Assembly: GCF_009834535.1 (NCBI RefSeq)
Contig: NC_045696.1
Location: 79,610,001 to 79,674,000, forward strand
Source: Camelus ferus
Taxonomy: Eukaryota
Length of the DNA stretch: 64,000 nt
Reading direction: 5' to 3'
Shown here: positions 38,560-52,394 of the stretch, one piece after another
Position numbering within the stretch: position 1 is the first letter of the stretch
Layout: each line of letters starts with the position of its first letter
Notes under the pieces: generated by a model
Seen by the model: the letters and a program-made list of their open reading frames with translations, nothing else
Database searches by the model: none
What the model was told of the DNA's origin: nothing
Made by a program: the position numbers and the translations under genes

Positions 38560-41500
38560 AAAAGTAAAATGAAACAATATATGAAACAATACTTTTCAGG
38601 ACAATGGGTATCTGGCAATGAAGGACAGTAATCCTCGACAAGGTGACAAAACCAAACAAACCCAAAATATGGGCACGACAATTGTTCCAGTTTACTGTTT
38701 GGGGGCAATATTCAGGCCGTTGCCTTGGGAAAGGGAACTGAGTGACACTCTTGGGCTCCCTGAGTTGAGGAGATAGAGTTGAGAGTCTGGGGAGACATTA
38801 TACAGCTAGTGTTACTGGGGAAAACTACCAGAGAGGAAAGAGTTACACAAACAGAGAACCCCAGAGATTTTCAAAGAATCCCCAGCAAGTATTTAGCAGA
38901 GTATTAATCAGTGCATGAATGAGGAAATTACCAGGACTAAGGAAGGCACACTCAAAAGATTTAAAAGTAACAATGCCCAACAGCCACATAGGACTGGAAG
39001 TAGTGGTTGTTCCAATAGCCACATTGAACTCATGATTCACGGGACACTGCATGGAGTACTCAGAACAGCGTTGTCTCAGTAACAGAAAATAGCTCTAGTC
39101 TGAGCACAGTCTCAGTCCTGCCTAATAAATCTTAAAAGCAAGACCCAAAAAGATCAAACAATTTCCAAATAACTTAATTACATTAAAAAAATCAAGATAT
39201 TTAGAAATTGAAAAGAATACAAATAAAAATGGAAAGTTTTTTGGATTAAAGATCCAAAGAATTAATGTTGTTAAAATAGCCATACTACTCAAAGCTGTCT
39301 ATAGATTCAATGCGACCTCTATCAAAATTCCAATGGCATTTTTCACAGAAATAGAAAAAAAAATTCTAAAATTCGTATGGAACTACAAAATACACCTCAA
39401 TGCCAAAGCAATCTTGAGAAACAACAAAGCTGGAGGCATCACACCTCCTGATTTCAAACTCTATTTAAAGTTACTTTAATAAAAACAGTATGATACTATA
39501 AAAACAGGCACATAGACAAAAGGAGCAAAATTGAGAGCCCAGAAGAAAAACCACACATATGTGGTCAATTAATATTTGACAAGGGAGCCAAGAGTCCTAA
39601 GGCGGAAAGATAGTCTCTTTAATAAATGGTGTTGGGAAAACTGGGTATCTACATCGCAGAAGAATTAAATTAAATCCATATCTTATACCATTTACGAAAA
39701 GTAACTTGAAATGGATTAAAAACATAATGTAAGACCTAAAAGTATAAAACTCCTAGCAGAAAACTTAAGGAAAAAGCTCCTTAATATCATCTTTGCAATG
39801 ATATTTTGGACATAACATCAAAAGCACAAGCAACAAAAGCAAAAGTCAACAAATGGTACCACATCAAACTAAAAAGCCTTTGTATAGCAAAAGAAACAAC
39901 AAAATAAAAGGCAATCTATGGGACGAGGGAAAATATTGACAGATGATATATCTGATAAGGAGTTATTATCTATAATATATAAGAAACACATACAACTCAA
40001 TGGCCAAAAAAATCCAATTAAAAAAATGAGCAGATGACTTGAATAGACATATTTTTTTCAAAGAACACATACAAATGGCCAATAAATATACAAAATGTGC
40101 TCAACATCCCTAATCATCAGCGAAAGGTAAATCAAAACCACACTAAGATATCACCTCATGCCTGTTAGAATGGCTACTATGAAAAAGACAAGCGATAACA
40201 AATACTGCCCAGGACATGGAGAAAAGAAAGCCTTGGTGCACTCCTGATGGGAATGTAGATTGGTACAGCAACTGTGAAAAACATTATGGAGGTTCTTCAA
40301 AATATTAAAAATAGAACTACCATATGATCTGACAATTCCACTTCTGGGTATATACCTGAAGGAAGTGGAAAAACTATCTTGAAGAGGTATCTGCACTCCA
40401 TTCATTTCAGCATTATTCACAATAGCCAAGACTGGGAAATAACCTAAGTGTCCATTGACAGATGACTGGATAAAGAAAATGTGATATAATATGTATAACA
40501 TGAATGGACCTAGAAGGCATTGTGCTAAGTAAAATAAGCCAGACAAAGAAAGTCTGCATGGAATCACTTATATGTGGGATCTAAAAAAAAAAAAGTCAAT
40601 CAAATACATAAAAACAGAGAGCAGAACTGACGTTGGGGAGATGTTGGCCAAAGGATACAAACTTTCAGTTATACAATGAATAAGTTCTGGGGATCTAATG
40701 TACAGTGTGGTGACTATAGTTAAAAATACTCTATTACATACCAGGAAGTTGCTGAGAGAGTAAAGCTTTAATATTCTTATCATAACAAAAACAACAAAAT
40801 GTGACATGAAGGTTGTGTTAACTAACCATAATGTGATAAACATTTCAAATCATCACATTGTACACCATAAATTTATACAATATTATACATCAAGTACATC
40901 TCAATAAATGGGAGAAAAAGAATATTTAGAGTAATATAAAAATATCCAGGGACCAACAAGGTAAACATCACTGTATCTGACATCTAATAAAAAGTTATTA
41001 GTCATGCAGAATAGCAGGAAAATATAACTCAGAATAAGAAGAAAAATTAAACAAAACCAAGCCACATCTGGCACTATTATAATAATTAGCAGATCAGGAT
41101 ATTTAAATAGTTATTTTAACTATATTCTATAAGTTTGCAAACCTATTGGAAAGATCGAACATGTTAAGTAGAGACATAGAAGAGATAAAGGAAATTTAAA
41201 TTGAACTTTTAAAGATGAAAACCACAATGTCTGAAGTTAAAAATACACTCTATAGGATCAATGGCACATTAGACATTGCAGAAGAAAAATTAAGTGAACC
41301 TGAAGACAAAGTAATAGAATCCATCCAAAATAAAACAGAGAAAGAAAAGAGTATTTAAGAAATTACTGGAGCATAACTAAGTCATAGGACTTCAAATTAC
41401 TTACTTAACTGTAATTGGAGTCCCTGAAGAAAAGTGGGGGGAGAAGCACAAATACATATTTTTTAAATGACCTAACTTTTTTCATATATAAATGAAATAA

Positions 41501-42990
41501 AAAAAACTCACAGATACAGGAATCTCAACAAATGTCAACAAGTAATATGAAGAAAACTACACCAAAGCATATCATAATCAATACCAGTGATAAAAAGAAA
41601 ATTTCTTAAGTAGTCAGAAAAATAACACATTATGTATAGAATAACAAATGGTAAGTAAGACAGCAGATTTCTGGCTGGACTCAATGAAAGCAAGAAAATT
41701 ACAGAGGAAAGAAATATATTAGAATTAGCCTAGAATTTTATAAACAGTGAAAAAAATGAAGGAATAATAGCTTTTTCAGGTCTACTAAAACTGAAGATTT
41801 CATCACCAGCGGACTCATACTGCAGGAAATACTAAGGGCAGTGTTGAGATAAAGGAAACTGATACCGGGTGGGAATCTGGATCCACACAAAGGAATGAGA
41901 AGCACTGATAGAGGTAACATGGATAAATATGTAAAATATGTTACTTTGCATAAATCCTTTAAAATAAAATTGTTTTAACAAAAACAATAATGTAGTGGAT
42001 GGTTTACAACATCTGTAAAACCAAATATGTGCTAGCTACATAAAGATCGGGGGGACGAAATGGAAGTCTACTACTGTAAGATTGTAATACTGTAAAATAA
42101 GTGGTATAATGTCACTTGAAGGGATACTGTGATGGATTAAACCGTATATCCTGTAAACCTTAAAATGACCATTAACACATGCAAAACAAAGAATTATAGT
42201 TAATAATCCAACAAAGGAGATAAAATAGAGTCATAAGAATATAGAGTTAATCTATCAAAGGAAAATGAAGACAAAGGGGATGAAGAAGAGATGGGACAAA
42301 GAGAACACTAATAGCAAATGATACATTTAAACGTAACAGCATCAGTCAAACCTAACAGCATTCAAGACAAGTGGTCTAAATAACTCCAAATAAAAGAGAG
42401 AGATTGTCAGTTTGAATATAAAGCAATTCCCCACTATATGTTGCCAACAAGAAACACACTTTAAATATGAGAAAAGTAGGTTACAATTTTAAAAATAGAA
42501 ATAAAATATACCCTGCTAACACTAATTTTTAAAAAAGCCTGGAGTGGTTATAATAATACCAAAGCAAAGAAAAGCAAGGGGAAATGGTCATTTCATAATG
42601 ATAAAGGGTTAAATTCTTCAAGAAGACTTAACAAATCTGAATGCTTACACACTTCATAATAGAGCTTCCAAATGTACATGGCAAAAACTGATAGAATTGC
42701 ATGGAAAAAGACACAAATCCACAATTACAGTCAGATATTTCAACAACACTCTCATGACAATTGATAGAATAATTACACAGAAAATCAGTAAGGATATAGA
42801 AGATTTGAGCAATACTATCAACCATGTTGACCTAATTAGCATTTATAGAGAATTTCACACAAATCAGCAGAATATACATTCCTTTCAAGTACATAGGAAA
42901 ATTTTACAAAAACATCCTATATTCTGAGCAATAAAAAAGGCATAAACATATTTGAAGGACTCAAGTCACACAAAGAATGTTTCTGATCAA
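38560..42990 (+). mobile_element. old L1 (5' UTR, ORF1, start of ORF2 endonuclease), split by a younger L1
   Basis: ORF1-like 41150-41900; endonuclease-like cccactatatgttgccaacaagaaacacactttaaatat and agatttcaacaacactctc-type motifs 42400-42990. Confidence 0.8.
39206..40917 (+). mobile_element. 5'-truncated L1MA-type element (ORF2 3' part plus 3' UTR)
   Basis: ccatactactcaaagctgtctatagattcaatgc..aaatggtgttgggaaaactgg..catctcaataaa; TSD aag(a)atatttaga 39194-39205 / 40918-40930. Confidence 0.9.
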
Positions 42991-42999
42991 GATCCGACT

Positions 43000-43439
43000 A
43001 TTTTCATAATAATTTGGCATTATTTGCCTTTTTTTCCATTCATTTTCTCACGAATTTATAGTGGAGTTTTCCAGGATCTACATAACGTGTGATATCCCAA
43101 CAGATTGAATGCAGAAGCAGATATGAGAATCCAACTCTCTTTTATTAAGCCATACATTAAAGATATTTTCAAAAAATTAAAACAATACCTCTCCACTCAC
43201 CAATTACTTTTTGGAAATGTGGTTAATTTTTTCATAAAATATATTAAATATGGTGATATATAAGACTTCATTATTGTTTTAAATTATTTAATACTGATTT
43301 CTAAAATTTCTTGGTTTTAACTTCTAACGTAAATTATTGATGGACGTAACTCATATACACAGAAGCATCCTCTTTGGTGATCTCAACAAATTTTGAGAGT
43401 ACAAAGGGGTTCTGAGGCCAAAAAATTTGATAACTATTG
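43000..43439 (+). mobile_element. Charlie1-family hAT transposon terminal fragment
   Basis: aacagattgaatgcagaagcagatatgagaatccaactctcttttattaagccatacattaaaga..aaggggttctgaggccaaaaaatttgataactattg. Confidence 0.85.
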
Positions 43440-43444
43440 CTTCA

Positions 43445-43870
43445 AAGCACAATTCAAACTTTGCCACTTTTTGATTCATAAAAACATAACTGGTTTTTTA
43501 GCTAGATATCTCCACCTTGATGCATCATTCACACTGGATGTTTAATATGGTCAGTACCAAACTCGTCCTCTCCTCCTCTCCCACCAAATGAGCAGCTTCT
43601 CTTGACATGTCCGTTTTTGTTAATACTTAATTCTTTGAGTCACTGACACTTGAAACCTTATGGCAGATACAATTTCTTCTTCTCATGCCCATTTTTTGGT
43701 CTCTCTCTTAAATGTTTGTATTTTGTTAGTTTATTAGATACATCTGCCCACTAGATTGTAAGTTCCCTGATGAGAGAGTTCATATATTAATCATTTTTCC
43801 TATTTCCCATAACACTAATCTCAAAACCAAGATCTATTAGTGGAATGATCCGCAACTGATTGTTTGATAA
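43445..43870 (+). mobile_element. L2 fragments
   Basis: ctagatatctccacc..accaaactc..cccactagattgtaagttccctgatgagagag. Confidence 0.6.
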
Positions 43871-46800
43871 AAATCACAGCAAATTGGCAATGACAATTTA
43901 ATATTGGAGACATGATATTACTTGCATAACCTATTACATTTATATTATATGCTGGAGTTAATTTGTTATTTAATACAAAATTATAAGCGCATTCATGAGC
44001 TTCCAGTCATAATTAAACATAACAATGTGATTTGAATTATCCTTGAATTAATGCTATCATAAAATACCAATATGTTACGTAATGATAGAATATCAACATG
44101 CTAGGATATGGAGACCTCCAGCTCAGTTTAGAGCCATGCGGAGAATGCACTAGGCAGGAAAAGCTGCGACACTGCCAGATAGTTTCGATTTTGCACTGAG
44201 CTTGCTGCATCTAAATTTGTGCCCCTAATTAAAATAGCTATGCGTGCTGAAAGCTGGGAAAAGCATTAACAAAGGCACCAGTGCCAGGCCCTGGCTTCAT
44301 GCAAAGTATAGACATTTCCATCTGTAAGATACTGATATTTGAGAAGGGTGAGTCATAAGAGGGTCATGATGGGGAACTGGGGGAAGTTTGACAATGTGGT
44401 TGCTGACTGACACCTGTTCTTGTGTGATAATGCATGTTGTAAGGGAAGTTCTCTGTCCAGGAATAGAGGAACCAATAAATATAGATATTTCAGAATGGAA
44501 TAATATGTCGGGGGGAAAGGTAAGAGCGCTGTGCTGGTGGTGAAGTGGCAGGACTTTTGATTGCAAATTACCTGCTGTGGGTGCAGCTGAATGAGATGCA
44601 AGATTCCCTCATTGAGTTGGCTGGATTGAAGGCACTACCTGGCTTGTGAGTGCCTTGTTTATGCTTACCTTTAAGAAATACAACTTTATTGACATTTTGA
44701 AATGATTATATCAACTTGGCCCCCAGACCATAGGAAGCTATGTTTACCAGAGGTTATCTGGACAGCTAGCACAGTGACAGGATCATTATTCTCTAATAAA
44801 CTGATAGGTGTGGCAACATCCCATGACTTACAGTGCTTTAAAAAACATAACAAATGATTTTCCCACTTTTTTTCTAAACCATTTGTAAATTTGAGTTTAG
44901 ACCTTAAACCTGTGGCTATCAGCTATGCCTACAGTTACAATCAATTATGCTAGTTTTACCACATTTTAATTTTCTTAAAGCAAGCATATCTTAGCTTTGG
45001 CTGGCTTGGGCTAGTCAATTCAATCAAAGTGAATTTTTGATACAGGTTGAATTTATAAAAATGCAAGAATAATTTTTTTTTAGTTTATTTAATTCATACA
45101 GGAGTAAACCAGTTTAAATTTCTGGACTAGAAAACTCCAGTCAAGAAGGAAAACATAATCACTACATTTAATTAAATTTGGTAATCTTTTGGTGATCCCT
45201 TAAGCAACAGTTTTTAATATGTAATATGGAAAATTTGCAGGTGGCTGAAGAAGAATCAGTCTTTCATTCTATCAACAAACATTTATTGAGTGTCTAGTAT
45301 GAACCAGACACCGATAAAGAAAGTCTACATAAAATGTTCCAGTCACTTCTATAGAATAGGGTAGAAGTCACATCTAGAAAATGTAATAGTCAATATGCCA
45401 GAGCATACGGAAGAACTTGGACCCAACTGTATTTATGTGTTTCTATGATAAATAGAAATGTTATTAGCAGCAATTTGACAGCACTGTTAAAAACACTTAC
45501 TTTAGTACTCTTAAATAAGGGCCTAGATAAAAATAAGTGATTTAAGAATTCCTCAGTCGCTGAAGTATGGATAAATTGTAATCAAATGAAACAGTTAAAT
45601 CAAATGTAGTTCATTTCATTAAGGATATAGATAAAGACAACTGTACAATACTGAGTCCATTTTTAGCTATCATTCCTTCTACCCTAGAGAGATGGAAACA
45701 GTTTTCTGGTCTGGGGACTGCTAGGCCTTGGTCTTCATCTATTTATTCTCTTTGAGGGCCAAACTCTTGTCTTAAGCCTAACATTGCCACAGATCTTGCT
45801 AACTAAATTACCCATCTCCTCTTATAGCATTGTGTTTGCAGCAAACTTATAGAGGGAGACTTCTGCAAGTTACTTCATCTTTAAGTAGACAAGAATTTCT
45901 AGTGCAAACTGTTTCTTACTAGGTTTCCTTCTCTTTCCACTTTTCTTCCTTTTTGTTCTCTGTGCTGTTGGACTGTTCTGCTCTTGTCTAATTCTCCTGA
46001 ACTCTCTGCTCATGCTACTGTTGCTTCTGTTAATGTCATTACTTACCCATGTTGGCATTTCTCTATGCACAGACCCTAAAACTTCCATCTGAGCCTTTCT
46101 CTCCATGGTTTGCTTTTGCATTGATTATTTGAAAGACAGAAAGGGCTATTTATCTGCCACTTAGAAAATTCCATCATTCTGATTTGAGGAGACAAGCTTG
46201 CAGGCTGTATCCTCAGAAGTGTATGTGATACCAGGAGAAAACACACAGTTTCTGCAACATGCCTGTTAGTCTTCATGATAAAGCACCTGCCACTTATCAA
46301 GGCCTCCAGGTGAAATCAGACACCCTGCAAAATCACCACCTCTGTAAATCCACTTTTAATTCTTCATATTTTCCTGGGTAAATAAACATGAGATATCACG
46401 AGATTTTTGAGAAACACTGAATGATTTCTAAAGAAAGCTCTCTTTCCTTCTAATTTTAACTCACCATGAGTAGATGAGTGGAATCCAAAAAGTTCTGAGC
46501 ATTTTTTTTTTTTTTGAGGGTAAGCTGGGCCAGCATTTCCTGGAATTGATCTGGATTGGAGGCATCTGGTTTACAATCTCAGCATTACAAAGAGGCTCTG
46601 AGACTCCAACTTGAGCTGGCAAATGAGTTTCAGTGAGTCGTGTCTGGAAAAGCCTCTCCTTTGGGGACAACAAATTCTACAGGTTCTTTTAAAATTAACT
46701 TGCTTTGTGAAAACCGGCACTGGCATACTTCAGGGTTTTTTGTATTTCAAAGTTCTAAGAGTATGAGGGATGATCCACTAAAAAATTTTGTTTATAGACT

Positions 46801-47524
46801 CAGAAAACTGATGAGAATCACTGTAAAATTCAAAAGTTTTCTATGATAATTAATGGATCTTAGGTCATCATGGTATCTAATCTTATTTTTAAAAAGGTTT
46901 CATTAATCATTCTCATAAAATTGACAAGTAGTGTTCATTCTAAGAAAAGTCTCTTCTGCTCATTGCACATTTATTTCTCATTGTTCAATGAGTCATCTTC
47001 ATTGGGTTGATGGGCTTCAAATATTTGTGGGACATTTTCTACTTGATTCATTACACTTGTTTTTAAGTATTTTTCTAGAAGTCTACTATATAAAATGGAT
47101 AAAATTGAAGTTGCCCAAGTTCAAAAAGGGCAGGAGTGTCTTGGACCCCAGTCACTCATCCTCTCTTGATTTCCTGCTCCAAACCCAGGGGCACCTGAGC
47201 AGAACCCTTAACACCTTCTAAAACTCATATCAAAAATCAGGTTGTTAATCTAAAGCAACAAGTCTCTTAGTTCAGAGTCATGAACAACAACCCCAATTTT
47301 CAGTCTCTTGTAAAGATATCATAGTAGCCACAACATTTTGTAAACATAACATTTAAGGTTTAGTAAAAATATAGGAACTTTTACATTTTTAGGAAGTATT
47401 TTTACTTGTTCTACATACTCTCTCAGCGTTTCTCATATTTCATTTAATTTTATATCATGTAAGTTATGCATATTAATGTAGAAAGATTAGAAATTAAAGT
47501 ACAGCAAAGGCAGAGAGAAAAATA

Positions 47525-47760
47525 ATAATTAGTATTTGTAGAAATTTTGTAGATCTGCCAGGCTCTAGTTTGTGTCTTTACATGTAATAATTCATTTAAA
47601 TCTCCCAACAATTCTATGAGATTGTTACTATTATTAGCCATATTTTATAGGTAAGAAAACCAAGGAAGAGAGAGGACACATAATTTGCCTAGTGCTACAG
47701 AGCTAAATGGAAGACTGGCAGATGGCTTTTTGTGTGCATGCACAGCCTCATACCATACTG
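47525..47760 (-). mobile_element. MIR SINE
   Basis: tttacatgtaataattcatttaaatctcccaacaattctatgag..attttataggtaagaaaaccaagg. Confidence 0.8.
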
Positions 47761-47884
47761 TTCTTTTTAATTAACAACATATTCATGTTCATAAATATGC
47801 TGGTCATTGGTGATTCCATACATACACAGACAAGCTGTGTCTACATCATAGTTATTCAAAGAGAAGCCAACACACATACCCATT

Positions 47885-47910
47885 CTCTCTCTCTCTCTCT
47901 CTCTCTCTCT
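47885..47910 (+). repeat. (CT)n microsatellite
   Basis: read directly. Confidence 0.95.
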
Positions 47911-49284
47911 GGATTCCTTTTAGAAAGAGGTAAGGAGATTGAAATGAGAGCAACCATCCCTGTTTCAGGCAGAACAATTTAAAATTTTGTTTCTTTCAAA
48001 TATTAGGGTTTCATATAAGATTTTGATCAAGGAAGGTTTTTTAGATATGAAAAAGTTGAAATGCTCAGTTTTAGTCAACAGAGAAAACATAAGGAGCTTA
48101 TCAAATTTCTTCCCAGTATTAAATAATGAAGAAAATTTTATACCCATATTTAACATAAGATGCCAAAAGAGTATTATCTTAACAACAAGCAATATGTTTG
48201 AATTCCTGTGGTTGATTAAGGCTTGCAGATAAGCCAGCAAAGAAGTTTTCTTAATGAAAAGTAGCACTGGCTTATTGGGTTAGAAGATTCAGTAAAGTTG
48301 GACATTATTATTAACCTAAACTAGCACCAAGAGGCTTCACTGCTAAGGTGAAATTTTAATGAAAGAAAACAAAAAGGGAAAACCAAGAAAGTTAGAGTGT
48401 ATGCTACATAGACAATACCATGACAACAATTTCATAAAAGTTAAAATGAGCAGCTAATCAGATTGGTATAGAAAAAAGATTCTTATATTAAAACACTGGG
48501 AAAGAAGCTTAATGTGGCTACAAATACTTAAGCAATCAGAGTAGTATAAAGGAATAATATGATCCCATAAAGCCAATAATCAAATTAATGACTGAATTGA
48601 AAAAAGAAAGATATGGCTAGAAAAATATCAGTCCAAATGAATATATCAAATTCCATTTCAAGAATTCTAGTAAATATGCCTTATTCACAAAATTTAAATT
48701 AGTCTTTTTTTCAGGTACTAGGTAGAGAAGGTTAGATTAGGGATGTTTTCTTTTTCAACATTTAAAATTAATGACATCCAATTAACATATGCTTGGAAAC
48801 CAAATGACCATTAAGAAAGAAATAAAATGAAATAGACAAATGTAGATTCATTAAAATGCATTAAACATAAGGATGAGATATACCACATCTCATATATTTA
48901 CCACAGGGAACTGCTTCTTGAAATATTATTAATGTGAAAAATTATGACTCTAGAATATAGTGATTTTAAAATGTTTGTGATGAAACACAATGTCTGAGTG
49001 ATTTTAAAAAGCCATTTTACTTTCAGTTAATGGGTAAATTATGAAGTATTTTTATATCTGCTGCTAATAATATTCCTCTATCAATTCATTTAGAGATTTT
49101 TAATGCTATAACTCACTTTTGTAATTTTCGACCACTGAAAGTACTTGTCATTGGAAGTTACCCAAGACTTAATCACATGAATTATGAATGTTCTTATTAT
49201 AGCCTTTGTCCTGAGACATCCAGAGGTATAAAGCAAAGAAAGGGTGAAAAAAAAGACATTAAGTATTTGGCTGACTTTTTCCCA

Positions 49285-49490
49285 CATTTATTGTATAACA
49301 CTGTATAAATTTAAAGTGTATGTGTAGAGGTGATACACACATATCACAAAATGATTACCATAATAGCATTAGTTAATACCTCCATCACCTTACATAATTA
49401 CCACTTTTTTTGTGGTGAGAATATTTAAGATTTACTCTTTTAGTTACTTTCAAGTATATAATACAGTATATAATATAATCACCATGCTTT
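49285..49490 (-). mobile_element. L1MA-type 3' UTR fragment
   Basis: cctccatcaccttacataattacc..tgtggtgagaatatttaagatttactc..; similar to 33017-33226. Confidence 0.8.
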
Positions 49491-50334
49491 ATTTTTATTT
49501 TTTTACTTTTGTGGAAAATAGCAAATTATATCATCTTGACACCTATGAATACGAAAAACAAAATTTTCAGATATGCTGTGTAGTCAATAAATGAAATAAT
49601 CTACTTATTTGGCTTGTATCATTATGTTAAAATAACAATTAGTGGCACTGGATGAGGTGTTTATGGAGTTTATAAAAAATTTACTCACCAATTAAAAAAA
49701 ATCTCAAACTGCAGATCCCTCTCTTTCAGTACAATATAGCTTCATTTTTATACATTGATGCCTGGGGCAGTATTGTTTGGGGAATTTTTGTTTAGAGTAA
49801 GTAGATGGAGTCAAAGTGGATTTATGTGTTGTTTTTTTTTTTTCTTTTTAGAAAAATTTACAATGCAAGGGCATGTGAGGACTTGGCATATATAAATAGT
49901 GCTGTACAATGAGGAGATTCCAAATGCAATTTTTTTTCTGAATGTAATTTTTAATGAACACTTGACAATTTTTCTTTTACTTTAATGACTTGAAAAGTCA
50001 ATCTGTGTACTGACAGAGTAGGATCTAATCCCTAAAGAGGATCAATATACCAAAAGAGATATAAAAGAGTCTTTTTAGCAATAGGCCTTTTCTTTATAGA
50101 TTGCTGAATACCTATTCACTGCCTGAATTTCCAATTTCTAAACATTATAGCAATATTTACAGCATGCCCTATATATTGGTAAGTTTAATGTAAGTAAAAA
50201 ATACAGCAGATCAAATTATTTGAAATATTTATTATGGCACAGAAGTACGTAAGGGAAAAAGGAACTCCAGAATTTTAGCCTTTACCCACTCGTATTTTTG
50301 TCAACTTCTGTGAGTCTTAAAAGCATAGAAAAAT

Positions 50335-52385
50335 TACAAGCCAAGGATGTCTCTCTCACCACTCTTTTTAAACATCATACTGGAAGTTTTAGCTAATGCA
50401 ATAAGTAAACAAAATAAAAGGTATACAGATTGAGAAGGAAGACATAAAACTCTGTTCACAGAAGACATGACTGTCTATCCACAAAATCCAAATGAATAAA
50501 CAAACAAACAAACAAACAAAGACCTTCTCAAAGTAATAAACTAGAAACTAATAAACTATTATGGTAAGGTTTCAGGATACAAAGTTAATACAGAAAAGTC
50601 AATCATTTTCCTATATGCCAGCAATGAACAAGTTAAATATAAAATTAAAAACAAAATACCATTTACACTAGCATCTCTCAAAATGGAAATACTTAAGCAT
50701 AAATCTAACAAAATATGTACAAGATCTATGTAAGAAAAACTACAAAACTCTGATGAAAGATAATAAAGAACTTAGTAACTGGAGAGACATTTTATGTTTA
50801 CAGATAGAGAAACTAAATGTTGTCAAATATCAATTCTCCCCTACTTGATATAAGGATTCATGCAATAAAAATTTCAGCAAGTCATTTTGTGGATATCAAC
50901 AACCAGATTCTAAAATTTATATGAAGAGGGAAAAGATCTAGAATAGCCAATATAATATTGAAGGAGAGAAACAGAGTTGGAGGACTGACACTACACAACT
51001 TTAAAACTTATTATAAAGCTACAGTAATCAACAATGTGGTATTGGCAAAATAATAGACAAATAGGTCAATGGAAAAGAAAAGAGACCCCAGAAATAGACC
51101 CACATAAATATAGTCAACTGATCTTTGACACAGGAGCAAAGGCAACACAATGGAGCAATGACAGTCTTTTCAACAAATGCTGATGGGACAATTGGACATC
51201 CACATGTAAAAAAATGAATCTAAACACAGACATTATACCCTTCACAAAAATTAACTCAAAATGGATCATAAACCTAAATGTAAAATGAAAAACTATAAAA
51301 CTCCTAGAAGATGACCTAGGAGAAAATCTACATGACCTGGGGTATGGCAATGACTTTTTAGATTCAACACCAAAGTCAGGATCCATGAAAGAAGCTGGCC
51401 TTTTTTGCAATTAAAAACCTCTGCTCTGCTAAAGACAATGTCAAGAAAATGAAAAGGCAAGCCACTAACTGGGAGAAAACACAAGCTTCCCCGGCTATCC
51501 AAAAGTAAAGCATTCCTACAATGACATGAAGCAAAGAAGCAATTACCTCAGGGCACATCTTGCTAAGGGATGCACAAAACAAACCAAGATAAAACAGAGA
51601 TGCTTGCAGACACGGTTCAAAGCTATGGGGGTTTGATGCTGACTGTAGTTCCTGGGGAAGAAGGCTGGCAGTACTACTGTCACTCCTCGTGTACGTGCTG
51701 CTTCAAAATGGCTTGCTACAAAACAACTGCTCAATGTTAGTATTGCTTTCTGTGTGAAAACAAAAATTCTCTACAGATTTCTTTCAGTGAGGGAAAACAG
51801 GTGATAATGTCAGCCTTTCATGAAAGTGAAGTGGTGGAAAGAAAATTTTGAAAAAGTGGGGAATACCCATACTTGCAAAAGGCCTATCTGATAAAGGACT
51901 GCCATCCAAAATATATAAAGAACTCTTAAAACTCAACAATAAGAAAACAAACAACTCAATTTTTTAAACCGGGCCAAAGACCTTGACAGACACCTCACCA
52001 AAGAAGATATAAAAGTAGCAAATAAGCATATGAAGAGATGTTCTAGCTACATCATTTGTCATCAAGGAAATGCAAATTAAAACAGTGAGATACCATCACA
52101 CACCTATTAAAATAGCCTAAATCTGGATCACTAACACCAACATGGCATTATGTATTTGTCCAAACTCATACAGTGTGCGACACCAAGAGCAAACCCTACT
52201 GTAACCTATGGGCTTTGGGGGATAATGATTGTTAATGTGGGTTTATTAAGTTGTAACAAATCGTGGGGGATGTTGATAATGGAGGAGGTTATACATGTGT
52301 TGGGGCAGGGAGTATATGGGAAATCTCTCAATTCATGAGTTTTGCTGTGAACCTAAAACTGCTCTATTAAAAGGTCTATTTTTAA
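50335..52385 (+). mobile_element. L1MC-like ORF2 3' half plus 3' end, with an orphan insert at 51480-51869
   Basis: caggatacaaagttaatacagaaaagtcaatc..gtcaactgatctttgaca..ctgtgaacctaaaactgctct. Confidence 0.85.
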
Positions 52386-52394
52386 AAGTATAAC

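Noticed and set aside
44669..44757. Minus-strand exon candidate ending AAG|GTAAGC
   Set aside because: Weak acceptor, 89 nt, stop codon in the frame examined
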